A program made the translations under genes and the position numbers. Below the pieces are notes generated by a model, which saw nothing but the letters and a program-made list of their open reading frames with translations, ran no database searches and was not told where the DNA came from. From the IMG/VR virus record IMGVR_UViG_3300032297_000372, positions 27,614 to 91,613 of that record: DNA of 64,000 nucleotides. The stretch is one strand, 5' to 3'. Shown here piece by piece: positions 29,377 to 38,717 of this stretch. Numbering within the stretch: the first letter of the stretch is position 1; the number at the start of each line of letters is the position of its first letter. This DNA comes from a virus.

Positions 29377-29607
29377 ATGAGAGTTAGAGTAGAAGGTACA
29401 CACTTCGTTAAAGACACCAAGACAACCGCACTGTTAGCTACTAACCGTGCGGTTTTGGCCGAGAATGAAGCTAGAAAAAAATTAGGTGAGAGAATAACTG
29501 GTAAAAATGAAGAGATAAATAGTTTAAAATCTCAAGTTAATACCTTAACTGAAGATATGTCCGAAATAAAAAAGATGTTACAGATTCTCTTAGAAAAGAA
29601 CAATTAA
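29377..29607 (+). CDS. Small coiled-coil hypothetical protein downstream of vrlC
   Basis: The ATG at 29377, just after the vrlC stop, is more plausible than the TTG at 29356. C-terminal heptads EINSLKSQVNTLTEDMSEIKKMLQILL. Confidence 0.7.
   Translation: MRVRVEGTHFVKDTKTTALLATNRAVLAENEARKKLGERITGKNEEINSLKSQVNTLTEDMSEIKKMLQILLEKNN
29514..29521 (+). promoter_or_regulatory. Late promoter-like GATAAATA inside the small ORF
   Basis: About 95 nt upstream of the tail fibre gene at 29617. Confidence 0.45.
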
Positions 29608-29616
29608 AGGTTTAAG

Positions 29617-32600
29617 ATGCCAATTTCACAAATCGAAAATATAACAAGAACTAATACCATTGATGAATGGAGAATACAGACTAATAAATCTGCCTCTGAT
29701 TTAAATGATCTTGGTTTTTCATCATATGATAAAACGCAAGGTACTTTGATTATATCAAATACTGCGTCATTACGAATTACTGCATCAGGAACTCCTTTTG
29801 AGGTTGTTAATAGTGTTCTCTTTCAGAATAATCTATCGTTAGCAAATAACTTTTATCTAGGTACTGTAGGCACTCCAACAGGTAATGCTATTATTGGTGG
29901 TACAGTAAGTATTGGTGGTTCAGGTGCAACTTCATTAAATGTCGCTAATGGTGTAACTGTTGGTACAGATTTAGCGGTAACTAGAAATATTTCTGCATCA
30001 AACGCTGCTTTTAGTAATCACATAACAGTAGCAAACAACATAACAGCCTCAGGCATTCTTCGTTTACCTGGAACGGTTGCAGAAAAAGGAAATGTAATAT
30101 ATGCAAATTCTGGTTCAGCTTATATTAATACAGTTTTTGCATCAACAATTAATTCAGCAAACGTAGCTTCAGATAACGTAAGAGCATTGCAAGCAACCTT
30201 TGACGTTCTGAACCTTATTGGTTTAGGCACAATGTTAAATTTGCAGGTTTTCAATGATGCGTTCTTAGTTGATATTATTGCTACAGGTAACAGTTATTTT
30301 GATGTTGCTAATGTTCGTTCATTAACAGTTAACTCTTCAGCAAACATAGTAACATTATCTTCGAATACTTCTACGATTAATAACGCAATCTTAGGAAATG
30401 CCACTGTAACACGAGCTAACGTCACAAACATGACGGTAGACCAAACAGGTAATGTTGTAACTTTAATTTCGAATCTATCATTAATCAATACTGCAAATAT
30501 TTTAATAACAAATGCAAACGTTGGTAATATTCGTAACTTTAGTTTAGGTACTGGTAGTATTACAACAGCTGCAATAGAAAATCAAACTTTCAATGTTGCC
30601 GTTGGTAACACAAGCACAATACAATCAGCAAACATTGTTACATTACAATCTAATCAAGCGACAATCAATACTGGTAATGTAACAAGAATCTTTGCTTCTA
30701 ATGCAAATGTAAGTACAGTAAACGTTTCCTCATTAGTAGATGTTACTACTGGTGGTTTAGTTAGAGTTGCTGCTGGTGCTTCTCCAGAAACAACTGTATT
30801 GCAAGTTGCAGGTAAAACTAACTTAGCTAACGTAGTTATTGACGGCAATTTAACTGTATCGGGTGCGTTCACACAAACCGGAACTGTAAACTTCCAGATT
30901 CAGTCTTTCTTATTGAATGCAAATACGGCTACAAATCTTGATGCTTCGATTATTAATAAGAGAGCTCTAGGTGATAATGCTATTATTAATTGGGACGAAT
31001 CTGTAGATCAGTGGAAGATTTCTACAGGTAATACATACTCACAATTAAACAGAATACTCGATGCTGGTCAATTATCATCACAAGTAACTAATACAAGTAT
31101 TACTGATGTCGCAACTCCTGCTGCGGTTAACACAGTACATACGATTTCTATTACTGCAAGTCATTATGCCAATGCAGCATTCTTACAAGCAAATACTCCT
31201 AGTCACGTATCGAATAGTGCGTCTAGTTATGCTAACTCTGCATTCTTGCAAGCGAATACTCCGAGTCATGTATCTAACTCTGCGGCACTCTATGCTAACG
31301 CAGCCTTTATAGTTGCAAACACACCAACTCATGTGGCAAATTCTGCTGCTTTATATGCTAATGCGGCATTTATCGTTGCGAATACACCAAGTCATGTTGC
31401 CAATAGTGCAGGTTTCTATGCTAACGGTGCATTTGTAAAGGCTAATACCGCAGATATCAATGCTAATGCAGCTTCATCATACGCTAATGCGGCATTCACT
31501 CAAGCTAACTCTGCATTCGTATCAGCAACTAACGCTCAACTTGCCGCAGATGCCGCACAAGGAACAGGTTCAGCATCTTACGTTTTAGCAAATACAACTA
31601 CCAATACCGCTTTAGCAGGATTTGCAGTTGCCAACTCCGCAGCACTTTATGCTAATTCAGCTTTCTTGAGAGCTAATAATTCATTGTTAAGTTCTGGCGG
31701 AACAATGACTGGTGATTTAACCATGTCAGGTAGTAACTCGATCAATGCATCAAGAGCTAACATTGCTTTTGATTTATTAGGTGTTAGAACAGGTGCATCT
31801 GGTGCTAGAATTGTGATGAACTATGACATCATTCAATCTGCTGATCCATTGTTCAGAGCATCACTTGTTGTGGATAGAGGTGTAAGTCCTAACGTTGAGA
31901 TTCGTTGGAATGAACCTACAGCAAAATGGCAGTTCACGAATGATGGTTCTACTTACACCGACTTTGGTGGTAGTACCGCACCTGCCGTTGCCGGAGGTAC
32001 AAATAGACAGATTCTAGTACAGACTGGTGTAGGTGCAACAGGTTTCATTGATGCTCCTTCAACTGCTAATAGATACTTACAATGGACAGGATCAGCATTT
32101 ACTTGGGCTGAGGTACCTAGTGCAGACTTAACTGAACTGAGTGCAAGTAATCTAACATCTGGTACTATACCTGCGGCTAGAATGCCGGCAACTGGTTCTT
32201 TTGGATTTAATATTACAGGTAGCGCAGGTTCAGCATTGACTGCTGCAACAGCAACAACTGCTACAACAGCAGTCAATGCCACAAATGCAGTAAACATTTC
32301 TGGTGGTAATGTACAAAATGCTTTAGCCTTTACAGTGTTAGGTACTCCAAGTATCGGTGACGGAACATCAACATTCTATAATAGACTTTATATTAGAGAT
32401 GGCGGCACAACAACAAGTAAAACTGATCCTTCAGATACAGCAGCATTAAAAGTTTTAGGTGATATAGCTGTCTCTACTGATGTTTGGGCAACTTTGTTTA
32501 ATGGTACCGCAACATCAGCTCGATATGCTGACTTAGCAGAAAAATATTTACCTGATGCGGATTATCCTGAAGGTACTGTAATGGCCATAGGTGGTGAAAA

Positions 32601-32877
32601 AGAAGTTACTGCCGCTTCTGATGTTGACTTCAGAGCTATAGGTGTGATATCATTGAAACCTGCATTTAGAATGAATGAAAATCTAGAGAACGGTGTTTAT
32701 GTTGCACTGAAAGGTCGAGTGCCTGTACGAGTAAAAGGTGAAATCAAAAAAGGTCAACCTATTGGCACAAGTGATACTTTAGGTGTAGGTAAACTTAATG
32801 CACGTAATCATTTTGCTATTGCATTAGAAACAAAAACAACTGAAGAAGAAGGTGTAATAGAAGCATTAATTCTTTAA
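29617..32877 (+). CDS. Tail fibre protein with C-terminal intramolecular chaperone (peptidase G2/IMC-like autocleavage domain)
   Basis: N-terminal TNTIDEWRIQTN, beta-rich Asn/Thr repeats and YANAAF heptad repeats. The C-terminus reads ARYADLAEKY...GVIS.KPAF.MN...VALKGRVPVRV.G.I.KG. Confidence 0.78.
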   Translation: MPISQIENITRTNTIDEWRIQTNKSASDLNDLGFSSYDKTQGTLIISNTASLRITASGTPFEVVNSVLFQNNLSLANNFYLGTVGTPTGNAIIGGTVSIGGSGATSLNVANGVTVGTDLAVTRNISASNAAFSNHITVANNITASGILRLPGTVAEKGNVIYANSGSAYINTVFASTINSANVASDNVRALQATFDVLNLIGLGTMLNLQVFNDAFLVDIIATGNSYFDVANVRSLTVNSSANIVTLSSNTSTINNAILGNATVTRANVTNMTVDQTGNVVTLISNLSLINTANILITNANVGNIRNFSLGTGSITTAAIENQTFNVAVGNTSTIQSANIVTLQSNQATINTGNVTRIFASNANVSTVNVSSLVDVTTGGLVRVAAGASPETTVLQVAGKTNLANVVIDGNLTVSGAFTQTGTVNFQIQSFLLNANTATNLDASIINKRALGDNAIINWDESVDQWKISTGNTYSQLNRILDAGQLSSQVTNTSITDVATPAAVNTVHTISITASHYANAAFLQANTPSHVSNSASSYANSAFLQANTPSHVSNSAALYANAAFIVANTPTHVANSAALYANAAFIVANTPSHVANSAGFYANGAFVKANTADINANAASSYANAAFTQANSAFVSATNAQLAADAAQGTGSASYVLANTTTNTALAGFAVANSAALYANSAFLRANNSLLSSGGTMTGDLTMSGSNSINASRANIAFDLLGVRTGASGARIVMNYDIIQSADPLFRASLVVDRGVSPNVEIRWNEPTAKWQFTNDGSTYTDFGGSTAPAVAGGTNRQILVQTGVGATGFIDAPSTANRYLQWTGSAFTWAEVPSADLTELSASNLTSGTIPAARMPATGSFGFNITGSAGSALTAATATTATTAVNATNAVNISGGNVQNALAFTVLGTPSIGDGTSTFYNRLYIRDGGTTTSKTDPSDTAALKVLGDIAVSTDVWATLFNGTATSARYADLAEKYLPDADYPEGTVMAIGGEKEVTAASDVDFRAIGVISLKPAFRMNENLENGVYVALKGRVPVRVKGEIKKGQPIGTSDTLGVGKLNARNHFAIALETKTTEEEGVIEALIL

Positions 32878-32878
32878 T

Positions 32879-33352
32879 ATGATAACTATTGATGAGTTTG
32901 AGAATTTTATACAACATGATTTGGTATATGAACAAAAGTTAATTTCTATACTGGATGACCTAGGTCGACAAATTTATATTGATGATCTAGGTCAACTTCA
33001 TTCCAACTACGGTAAAACCGTAAAAGTTGAGGGTATGGAAAAATATAATGCACAAATATATGACACATGTTGTGAATTGCAATACGTATATAATCATAAT
33101 GGTGTCGTGACTTGTCATGCTTTCAGAGCTTATGAAAATTCTGCAAGTTTTGGAACTCATACTGATCCTGATGATGTTTATATACACGTTATTTGGGGAG
33201 AAAAAACTCTTCAAATAAAAGATGAAATTCACATATATCGTTCTGGTGAAAGTGTATTCATACCTTCTAATACCCCACACAAAGCTATAAACGAAAAAGA
33301 ATCTTTAATATTAAGCTTTGGTCTTGAAAAATTTCTAGTAGATAAATTATGA
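32879..33352 (+). CDS. JmjC/cupin_4-like Fe(II)/2OG oxygenase
   Basis: SFGTHTDPDDVYIHVIWGEK...GESVFIPSNTPHKA supplies the HxD...H triad and the Lys typical of JmjC/ROX cupins. Confidence 0.72.
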   Translation: MITIDEFENFIQHDLVYEQKLISILDDLGRQIYIDDLGQLHSNYGKTVKVEGMEKYNAQIYDTCCELQYVYNHNGVVTCHAFRAYENSASFGTHTDPDDVYIHVIWGEKTLQIKDEIHIYRSGESVFIPSNTPHKAINEKESLILSFGLEKFLVDKL

Positions 33353-34407
33353 ATTGGATGTTTTATTTAAAGACCACTGAAACATGTAATTTAAATTGTA
33401 AACATTGTTTCACTAATGGCATTAATGGTCCTAAAATTTTCTGGAATGCCATAAAGATTACTGATTGGATTAAACGTTTCAGAGCATATTACCCATCTAA
33501 TTCTGATTCTATACATTGTGAATTTCACGGTGGTGAGCCGTTTTTAGTTCCTGTTCATGAAATGCGTCATGTGTGGGAAAATTGTAAAGACTTGTGGCCT
33601 GCCATGACTTGGGGAGCAACAACGAATTTAGTATTTAAGATGGATCAAGAACATTATGATTTTATAGAAGAAGCTTTCGATAATAGAATAGGAACTTCTT
33701 GGGATCCTAAAATTAGATTTGCCAATAATAAACAATATAAACTTTGGCATAGTAATGTTAAAAGCCTATTGAATCGTGGCGTAACTGTAAAACTTTTTAT
33801 AAGTGTAACACAAGATACATTAAATATAGAACCCATAGTATTGTTACGTTGGATTCGTAGGTTAGGTGTACAAGAAGTTTCGTTTGAGAGATTAACTCAG
33901 AATGGTAACGCTAAAAAATATCCTGAAATATTTCCTAACAATATTGAACAAGATAACTGGTTTCTAAAATTATACGAACAATCTGAGAAATATGGTGCCA
34001 GAGAATGGTTCGATAATGAATTTTTAGAAGTAATTTATTCAAAATTTGATACCGGATTCTTGAAAGGTGGAACTTTCTGTAGAGATTGTGAAGAAAAGAT
34101 ATTCACTGTAAATGCTGACGGTACATTATCAGGATGCCCAAATTCTGCTCCAGAATTTCAATTTGGACATATAAATGATAATCTGGAAGATGTTATAAAT
34201 AGTGAAAGAAGAATAGAAAATATATCATGTGAACGTAGTAGAGATCCTAGATGTTTTTCATGTGATGTGTTTGAATATTGTGGTGGAGACTGTCATCAAT
34301 TAGAATGGCAAAATGATGTTTGTGGAGCTCCAAAAAGTTTAATGAGATATTTAAAAAATAAACAAAAAAATAAAGTTTGGATATTAAAAAATGGCAACCT
34401 TAACTAA
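33349..34407 (+). CDS. Radical SAM/SPASM domain protein (rSAM-1)
   Basis: CNLNCKHC (CxxxCxxC), FHGGEP, and SPASM-like C..C..NADGTLSGCP...CFSCDVFEYCGGDC...C. Confidence 0.92.
   Translation: MNWMFYLKTTETCNLNCKHCFTNGINGPKIFWNAIKITDWIKRFRAYYPSNSDSIHCEFHGGEPFLVPVHEMRHVWENCKDLWPAMTWGATTNLVFKMDQEHYDFIEEAFDNRIGTSWDPKIRFANNKQYKLWHSNVKSLLNRGVTVKLFISVTQDTLNIEPIVLLRWIRRLGVQEVSFERLTQNGNAKKYPEIFPNNIEQDNWFLKLYEQSEKYGAREWFDNEFLEVIYSKFDTGFLKGGTFCRDCEEKIFTVNADGTLSGCPNSAPEFQFGHINDNLEDVINSERRIENISCERSRDPRCFSCDVFEYCGGDCHQLEWQNDVCGAPKSLMRYLKNKQKNKVWILKNGNLN
34194..34201 (+). promoter_or_regulatory. Perfect T4 late promoter TATAAATA inside rSAM-1, upstream of the 181-aa gene
   Basis: Exact consensus about 190 nt upstream of the ATG at 34391. 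Confidence 0.55.
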
Positions 34408-34936
34408 TAATATTAACCCTCAAAATATCGTTGATAGATTTGCTGATTATGTGACAGCCACAGCTAGTGCAGGAATTACATGGGGAACTAATGCTAAACC
34501 CTTTAGTCAATTTGATGCGGGTTATCTTGGAGGAACAACCGCAGGTAGACCTATTGGTATATCAGGTGGAAATATTTCTGCTGTTGGTGGAACAATCACA
34601 GCTTCAGCAATTTACAACACTCTAGTTAATGAAACCGCACAATATACTTCTATTAGAAGTTTAAGAGCTATTCTACATTTAACCGGATCAGGCAACCAGT
34701 TCGATCAAACAGCTATTGCTTATATGAGTTATGGATCGTATGGGCAGAGTATTGGTTCACCAGCAAATGCTGGCGTCTCAGCAGGATCGACAATAACTAG
34801 TAGTGGTTTAGAATCGCTTTTTAATAATTTAAGATCATCGTATAATACTGCAAGAGCAGCCACAACTACGATAACTGTTACTGTTTGTCACACATCGTGT
34901 CATTCATCCTGCCACGGTTCTAGAGGAAGAAGATAA
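34391..34936 (+). CDS. Putative virion/fibre-tip protein with C-terminal (CHxS)3-RGRR motif; candidate substrate of the radical SAM cluster
   Basis: The body is rich in Gly/Ser/Thr/Ala/Asn like the structural proteins. All three Cys lie in the terminal CHTSCHSSCHGSRGRR (34886-34933). The substrate role is inference. Confidence 0.6.
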   Translation: MATLTNNINPQNIVDRFADYVTATASAGITWGTNAKPFSQFDAGYLGGTTAGRPIGISGGNISAVGGTITASAIYNTLVNETAQYTSIRSLRAILHLTGSGNQFDQTAIAYMSYGSYGQSIGSPANAGVSAGSTITSSGLESLFNNLRSSYNTARAATTTITVTVCHTSCHSSCHGSRGRR

Positions 34937-35652
34937 TGAATATTGTTGAAACTACTGCACCCATCTCGATTGAAAATTTAAAAAAATATTTTAATGACCA
35001 GACTACTTTTTTTGTTATTGATTATAAAGACAGTAGTTTAAAAGGAACAAAACTATTAACATATCTTTCGAATTTAGATATACCTTCTGACATAAACTTT
35101 ACAGGTTGTTCTAGTGATGAATGTTTTGATATGATTAAAGAATACCTACATTCTACAATGATTGTTAATATTCCTGCACTTGAGTCGGCAGTTATCAATA
35201 TATTACATCAAACTAAAAATTTAGTTCCAGTAACAGATAAAAAATTTATTGACGATAATAAAGAAATTTTAGATAAGTGGATTTCAAAACTAGAAAGTTT
35301 ATCCCTATTCAATATGCATATTATTGGAAACGGAATGTTCAAAGAATTTGTTTCTGAGTTTGAAGTCGATGCATCAACTGAATTGATCGGTGTTAATTTT
35401 ATTAGTTTATTAAAGAATGAACATTTTTATTCTTTCTATAATAATACCGATAAAAAATCATTAAAGTTTTATACACATTATTTTAATGATTACATGTTCA
35501 AAGGTAAAAATATGTATTCATATTGGGCTAATGAGAATAATCCTTTATTTTTATTGACATACGGTATTTCAGAAGGCCTTGTAGAAGGAAATTCTTATAA
35601 CTCATACAAACAAAAAACAATCGAGGAATTAGAAAATGTTACACCTGTTTAA
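34936..35652 (+). CDS. Hypothetical protein (radical SAM cluster accessory)
   Basis: 238-aa ORF with a TAATG overlap with the 181-aa gene. No recognised motif. Confidence 0.65.
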   Translation: MNIVETTAPISIENLKKYFNDQTTFFVIDYKDSSLKGTKLLTYLSNLDIPSDINFTGCSSDECFDMIKEYLHSTMIVNIPALESAVINILHQTKNLVPVTDKKFIDDNKEILDKWISKLESLSLFNMHIIGNGMFKEFVSEFEVDASTELIGVNFISLLKNEHFYSFYNNTDKKSLKFYTHYFNDYMFKGKNMYSYWANENNPLFLLTYGISEGLVEGNSYNSYKQKTIEELENVTPV

Positions 35653-36730
35653 TAAAGTTTACTTAGAGTTCGATGATAGAATAGAAAATCATCTAGATCG
35701 AGTTGTTATTTCAGAACAATACGGAGATCAAATGTATGATCTTTTGGAAAAAGCTGTTCTTGGAAAATTAATACTATATGGTAAAAGTTTCGAAGAAGTT
35801 GTTGGTGACGACTTTTTAGGATTCATAAAATCAATAAAAGAATATGGTGATAACTCTGGTAAAAAAATCATTATTTTCTGTGATAGAACTTCATACAAAA
35901 AATTTATGGCTCATTGGTTTAGATCAACATTACCTAATTTAGATTATGACGGATTTAAAACTATTGTAGATCATACGATTTATAATCAACGAATAATTTC
36001 GAATACCCAACTATCTTCAATGTTCAGTGTTAATCTAAATTCACTATGGGAAGATTTGGATGATATCGAATCTGCGTGGGCAAACGCACAATCTGTAAAT
36101 AGAACCTCGTTGAAATCTTTGAATTTAAATCATACATATGAATTTTTATTATCAACTTATTTGTCTGGTGATAATTCACATAAAGAAGCCTTGAAAAAAA
36201 CATTGCACATGTTTTTACGCCGTTGGTTTATAGAAATGTTTGTTGACAATCGACAAATGGTTTTATTGAATCTTAATAACCATAAATTCTTAAGCACATT
36301 TAATATTGATCCTAAATTGATAGATTTAACTCGTTTAGATCCTTTAGATGTAATAGAACAATTTGAATCTTACTCCGATGATGAAATATGGGAGAGAGAT
36401 GAGAATGCTTATGGTAAATGTAAATTGGAAGGTTTGAGTGAAGAAAAATGTCTAAAGTTGATGGACACTTTATATAATGTTTTTGAAAAATTTGAGGGTA
36501 TGCAAATCGACCGTAGTGTTTTTGGAATTAGAAAATATGTTACTTTAACAACTCGTGAAAGTATAACAGATGCTGAGATGGATGACATATTGGATTTTGT
36601 TATCAATAATCCTTTCGACACTTCTCTAGTTCCACGTGTTGATTTTCAAAATGTTAATTTCACTTTAGTGCAATATTTTCTGACTCAAAAATACAATAAA
36701 AAAGATATATCGAAATATAGATTGTTGTAA
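35636..36730 (+). CDS. Hypothetical protein (radical SAM cluster accessory)
   Basis: 364-aa ORF overlapping the previous stop, with a GAGGA Shine-Dalgarno upstream. No confident family. Confidence 0.65.
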   Translation: MLHLFNKVYLEFDDRIENHLDRVVISEQYGDQMYDLLEKAVLGKLILYGKSFEEVVGDDFLGFIKSIKEYGDNSGKKIIIFCDRTSYKKFMAHWFRSTLPNLDYDGFKTIVDHTIYNQRIISNTQLSSMFSVNLNSLWEDLDDIESAWANAQSVNRTSLKSLNLNHTYEFLLSTYLSGDNSHKEALKKTLHMFLRRWFIEMFVDNRQMVLLNLNNHKFLSTFNIDPKLIDLTRLDPLDVIEQFESYSDDEIWERDENAYGKCKLEGLSEEKCLKLMDTLYNVFEKFEGMQIDRSVFGIRKYVTLTTRESITDAEMDDILDFVINNPFDTSLVPRVDFQNVNFTLVQYFLTQKYNKKDISKYRLL

Positions 36731-36731
36731 A

Positions 36732-37784
36732 ATGCGTGATTTTATTATTGAACGTAAACGTGATATTGAACAAGAATATACTTTACATCTTTTTGAATAT
36801 TGTAATTTAAGATGTTCTTTTTGTTGGCAAGACCATGAAAATACAATTGGAATTGATACTGTAATTGAAAAATTAATTCCAATTGAAAAATTCTTACAAA
36901 CAGAAACTCGCCATTCAGTAATATTTAATGTTATGGGTGGTGAGGTTTTTGCTCCAAAAATATTCAATACCGATCTACTCAATGCCTATAAAGAATTAAT
37001 ATCAGGCATAAAACAACTTGAAGGTAAATACAATAAAAAGATAAAGTTAAATTGGGTTACTAATTTAGTTACCGATAAGATCGATCTTATAGAGTCTCTT
37101 TTATCTTTTTCAGAATCGGTCAAGCTTGAATCTAATCTCGTAACATCTTACGACCCTCGTGGCAGGTTTAATGTTAATGACTTCTTAACGTTTAAGAAGA
37201 ATATGGAATACTTTGGTAAACGTATTACATGCATAAGTATGTTGTTGAGTTCGCCTAATATAGATTACATACTTAAAGATAGAGACAATTATTTCAAAAA
37301 GTTGTATAATGAAGGTTATTACATATATTTTGATTACTATATGCCTGACGAATCTGCGGAGTTTCAATCACCTACAGATCAACAACTGAGAGATGTTTTT
37401 AGACATTTTATTGATAATTATCCCAATGTATATCCTATTAAAGATTGGATACAAAATGAAACTAATTATGCATCATGTAGAACGAGTAAATTAATACTTG
37501 CAGACGGAACGATGTGTAATTGTGGTAATTTAGTACAAGATGAAAAAGTTATAAAATTTTATTCATCTAAAATACAAAAAATGGATAACTCAGAAATTGA
37601 AAATAATTTCTTAGAAAAATATGATTGTGTTTCGTGTGAGTATCTAGATAGATGTAGTTTTGGTTGTTTCATGCAACATGATTATAAATTTAGGGAAGAA
37701 CTTGATGAGTGTGTCTATAAACTTACGCACAGATACATCGATGATGTTAGATTACAACGAGGAAGAAAAGCCTCTATCGGTTGA
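36732..37784 (+). CDS. Radical SAM/SPASM domain protein (rSAM-2)
   Basis: CNLRCSFC, MGGEV, and C-terminal SCRTSK..ADGTMCNC...CVSCEYLDRCSFGC...C. Confidence 0.9.
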   Translation: MRDFIIERKRDIEQEYTLHLFEYCNLRCSFCWQDHENTIGIDTVIEKLIPIEKFLQTETRHSVIFNVMGGEVFAPKIFNTDLLNAYKELISGIKQLEGKYNKKIKLNWVTNLVTDKIDLIESLLSFSESVKLESNLVTSYDPRGRFNVNDFLTFKKNMEYFGKRITCISMLLSSPNIDYILKDRDNYFKKLYNEGYYIYFDYYMPDESAEFQSPTDQQLRDVFRHFIDNYPNVYPIKDWIQNETNYASCRTSKLILADGTMCNCGNLVQDEKVIKFYSSKIQKMDNSEIENNFLEKYDCVSCEYLDRCSFGCFMQHDYKFREELDECVYKLTHRYIDDVRLQRGRKASIG

Positions 37785-38280
37785 TGTACCTAAACATATT
37801 GAAGTTTCGTTAGATACTGTACCAATTGCATATCCTTATTTGCCACGATTATGTGGTAGGCAAGGATATGTTTTTATGTGGCATACTACACGTGACGTGG
37901 AACCAGATTTATATGATTTATCACAAAGTGTAAAAGATGAAGAACAGTGGTTTACTACTAAGGATCCAAACGGTATCGAAAAAGTTTTATCTCTTGTACA
38001 TGAATATGATGATGAAGTCGTTATTGGTTGTGTAAAATCCGCAGGTTATTTAAAACACAAGCCTAACGAATATATCAATAAACTAATAAAGAGTGCCTGG
38101 AAAGATTTAATATCTATATTCGGTCATAAGAGAATTATTTGTCCTAGCGGTTCGTATTTACAGTATGTGCATTTGTGTCTTAACCAGAAAAAAATACCTC
38201 ACACACCATATTCCAAAAAGTTAATGATGAGAAATAAATTTTATAGAGATGGTTACTATTGGATTCGAGACGGTCGTTAA
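37741..38280 (+). CDS. Hypothetical protein (radical SAM cluster accessory)
   Basis: The ORF track starts it at 37660. The in-frame ATG at 37741/37744 gives a smaller overlap with rSAM-2. Its stop overlaps the next ATG (TAATG). Confidence 0.6.
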   Translation: MMLDYNEEEKPLSVDVPKHIEVSLDTVPIAYPYLPRLCGRQGYVFMWHTTRDVEPDLYDLSQSVKDEEQWFTTKDPNGIEKVLSLVHEYDDEVVIGCVKSAGYLKHKPNEYINKLIKSAWKDLISIFGHKRIICPSGSYLQYVHLCLNQKKIPHTPYSKKLMMRNKFYRDGYYWIRDGR

Positions 38281-38717
38281 TGATATTACATAATATTCTC
38301 ACAAATGAAGAGTGTAAATTTATATTGAATATTTTAATAGACAAATATCCAGAGCTATTACATTCGAATAATCATATTGAAACAGAAGATGAATCTTTAA
38401 ATTTCATCACAATGATACCTAAAAGTCATGTTGAAAATTTAGGCAATCCTTTGTGCCTTGTACTATTAAGTACTGTTAATGATAGAAGTGATTATGCAGG
38501 AAAAGAATGGCATGTGGATGGTGATCCTGATGAGACAAGTGTAATTTTATATTTAAATGGTAATAATGAAAGTGGTGGAGAATTTGTAACCGAAACGGAT
38601 AAGTATAAATTCGATATTGGATCGATGATAGTTCTTCGTTCTGATAAACTACATAAAGTAGAACCTTACAATAATGATAATGCAAGGATCGCTATAAAAT
38701 GGAAATTTAAATCATAG
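38280..38717 (+). CDS. 2OG-Fe(II) oxygenase (prolyl-4-hydroxylase-like)
   Basis: WHVD...SVILYLN...GGEF...LHKVEP.....RIAI shows the HxD...H...R pattern. The start is moved to the ATG at 38280. Confidence 0.82.
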   Translation: MILHNILTNEECKFILNILIDKYPELLHSNNHIETEDESLNFITMIPKSHVENLGNPLCLVLLSTVNDRSDYAGKEWHVDGDPDETSVILYLNGNNESGGEFVTETDKYKFDIGSMIVLRSDKLHKVEPYNNDNARIAIKWKFKS

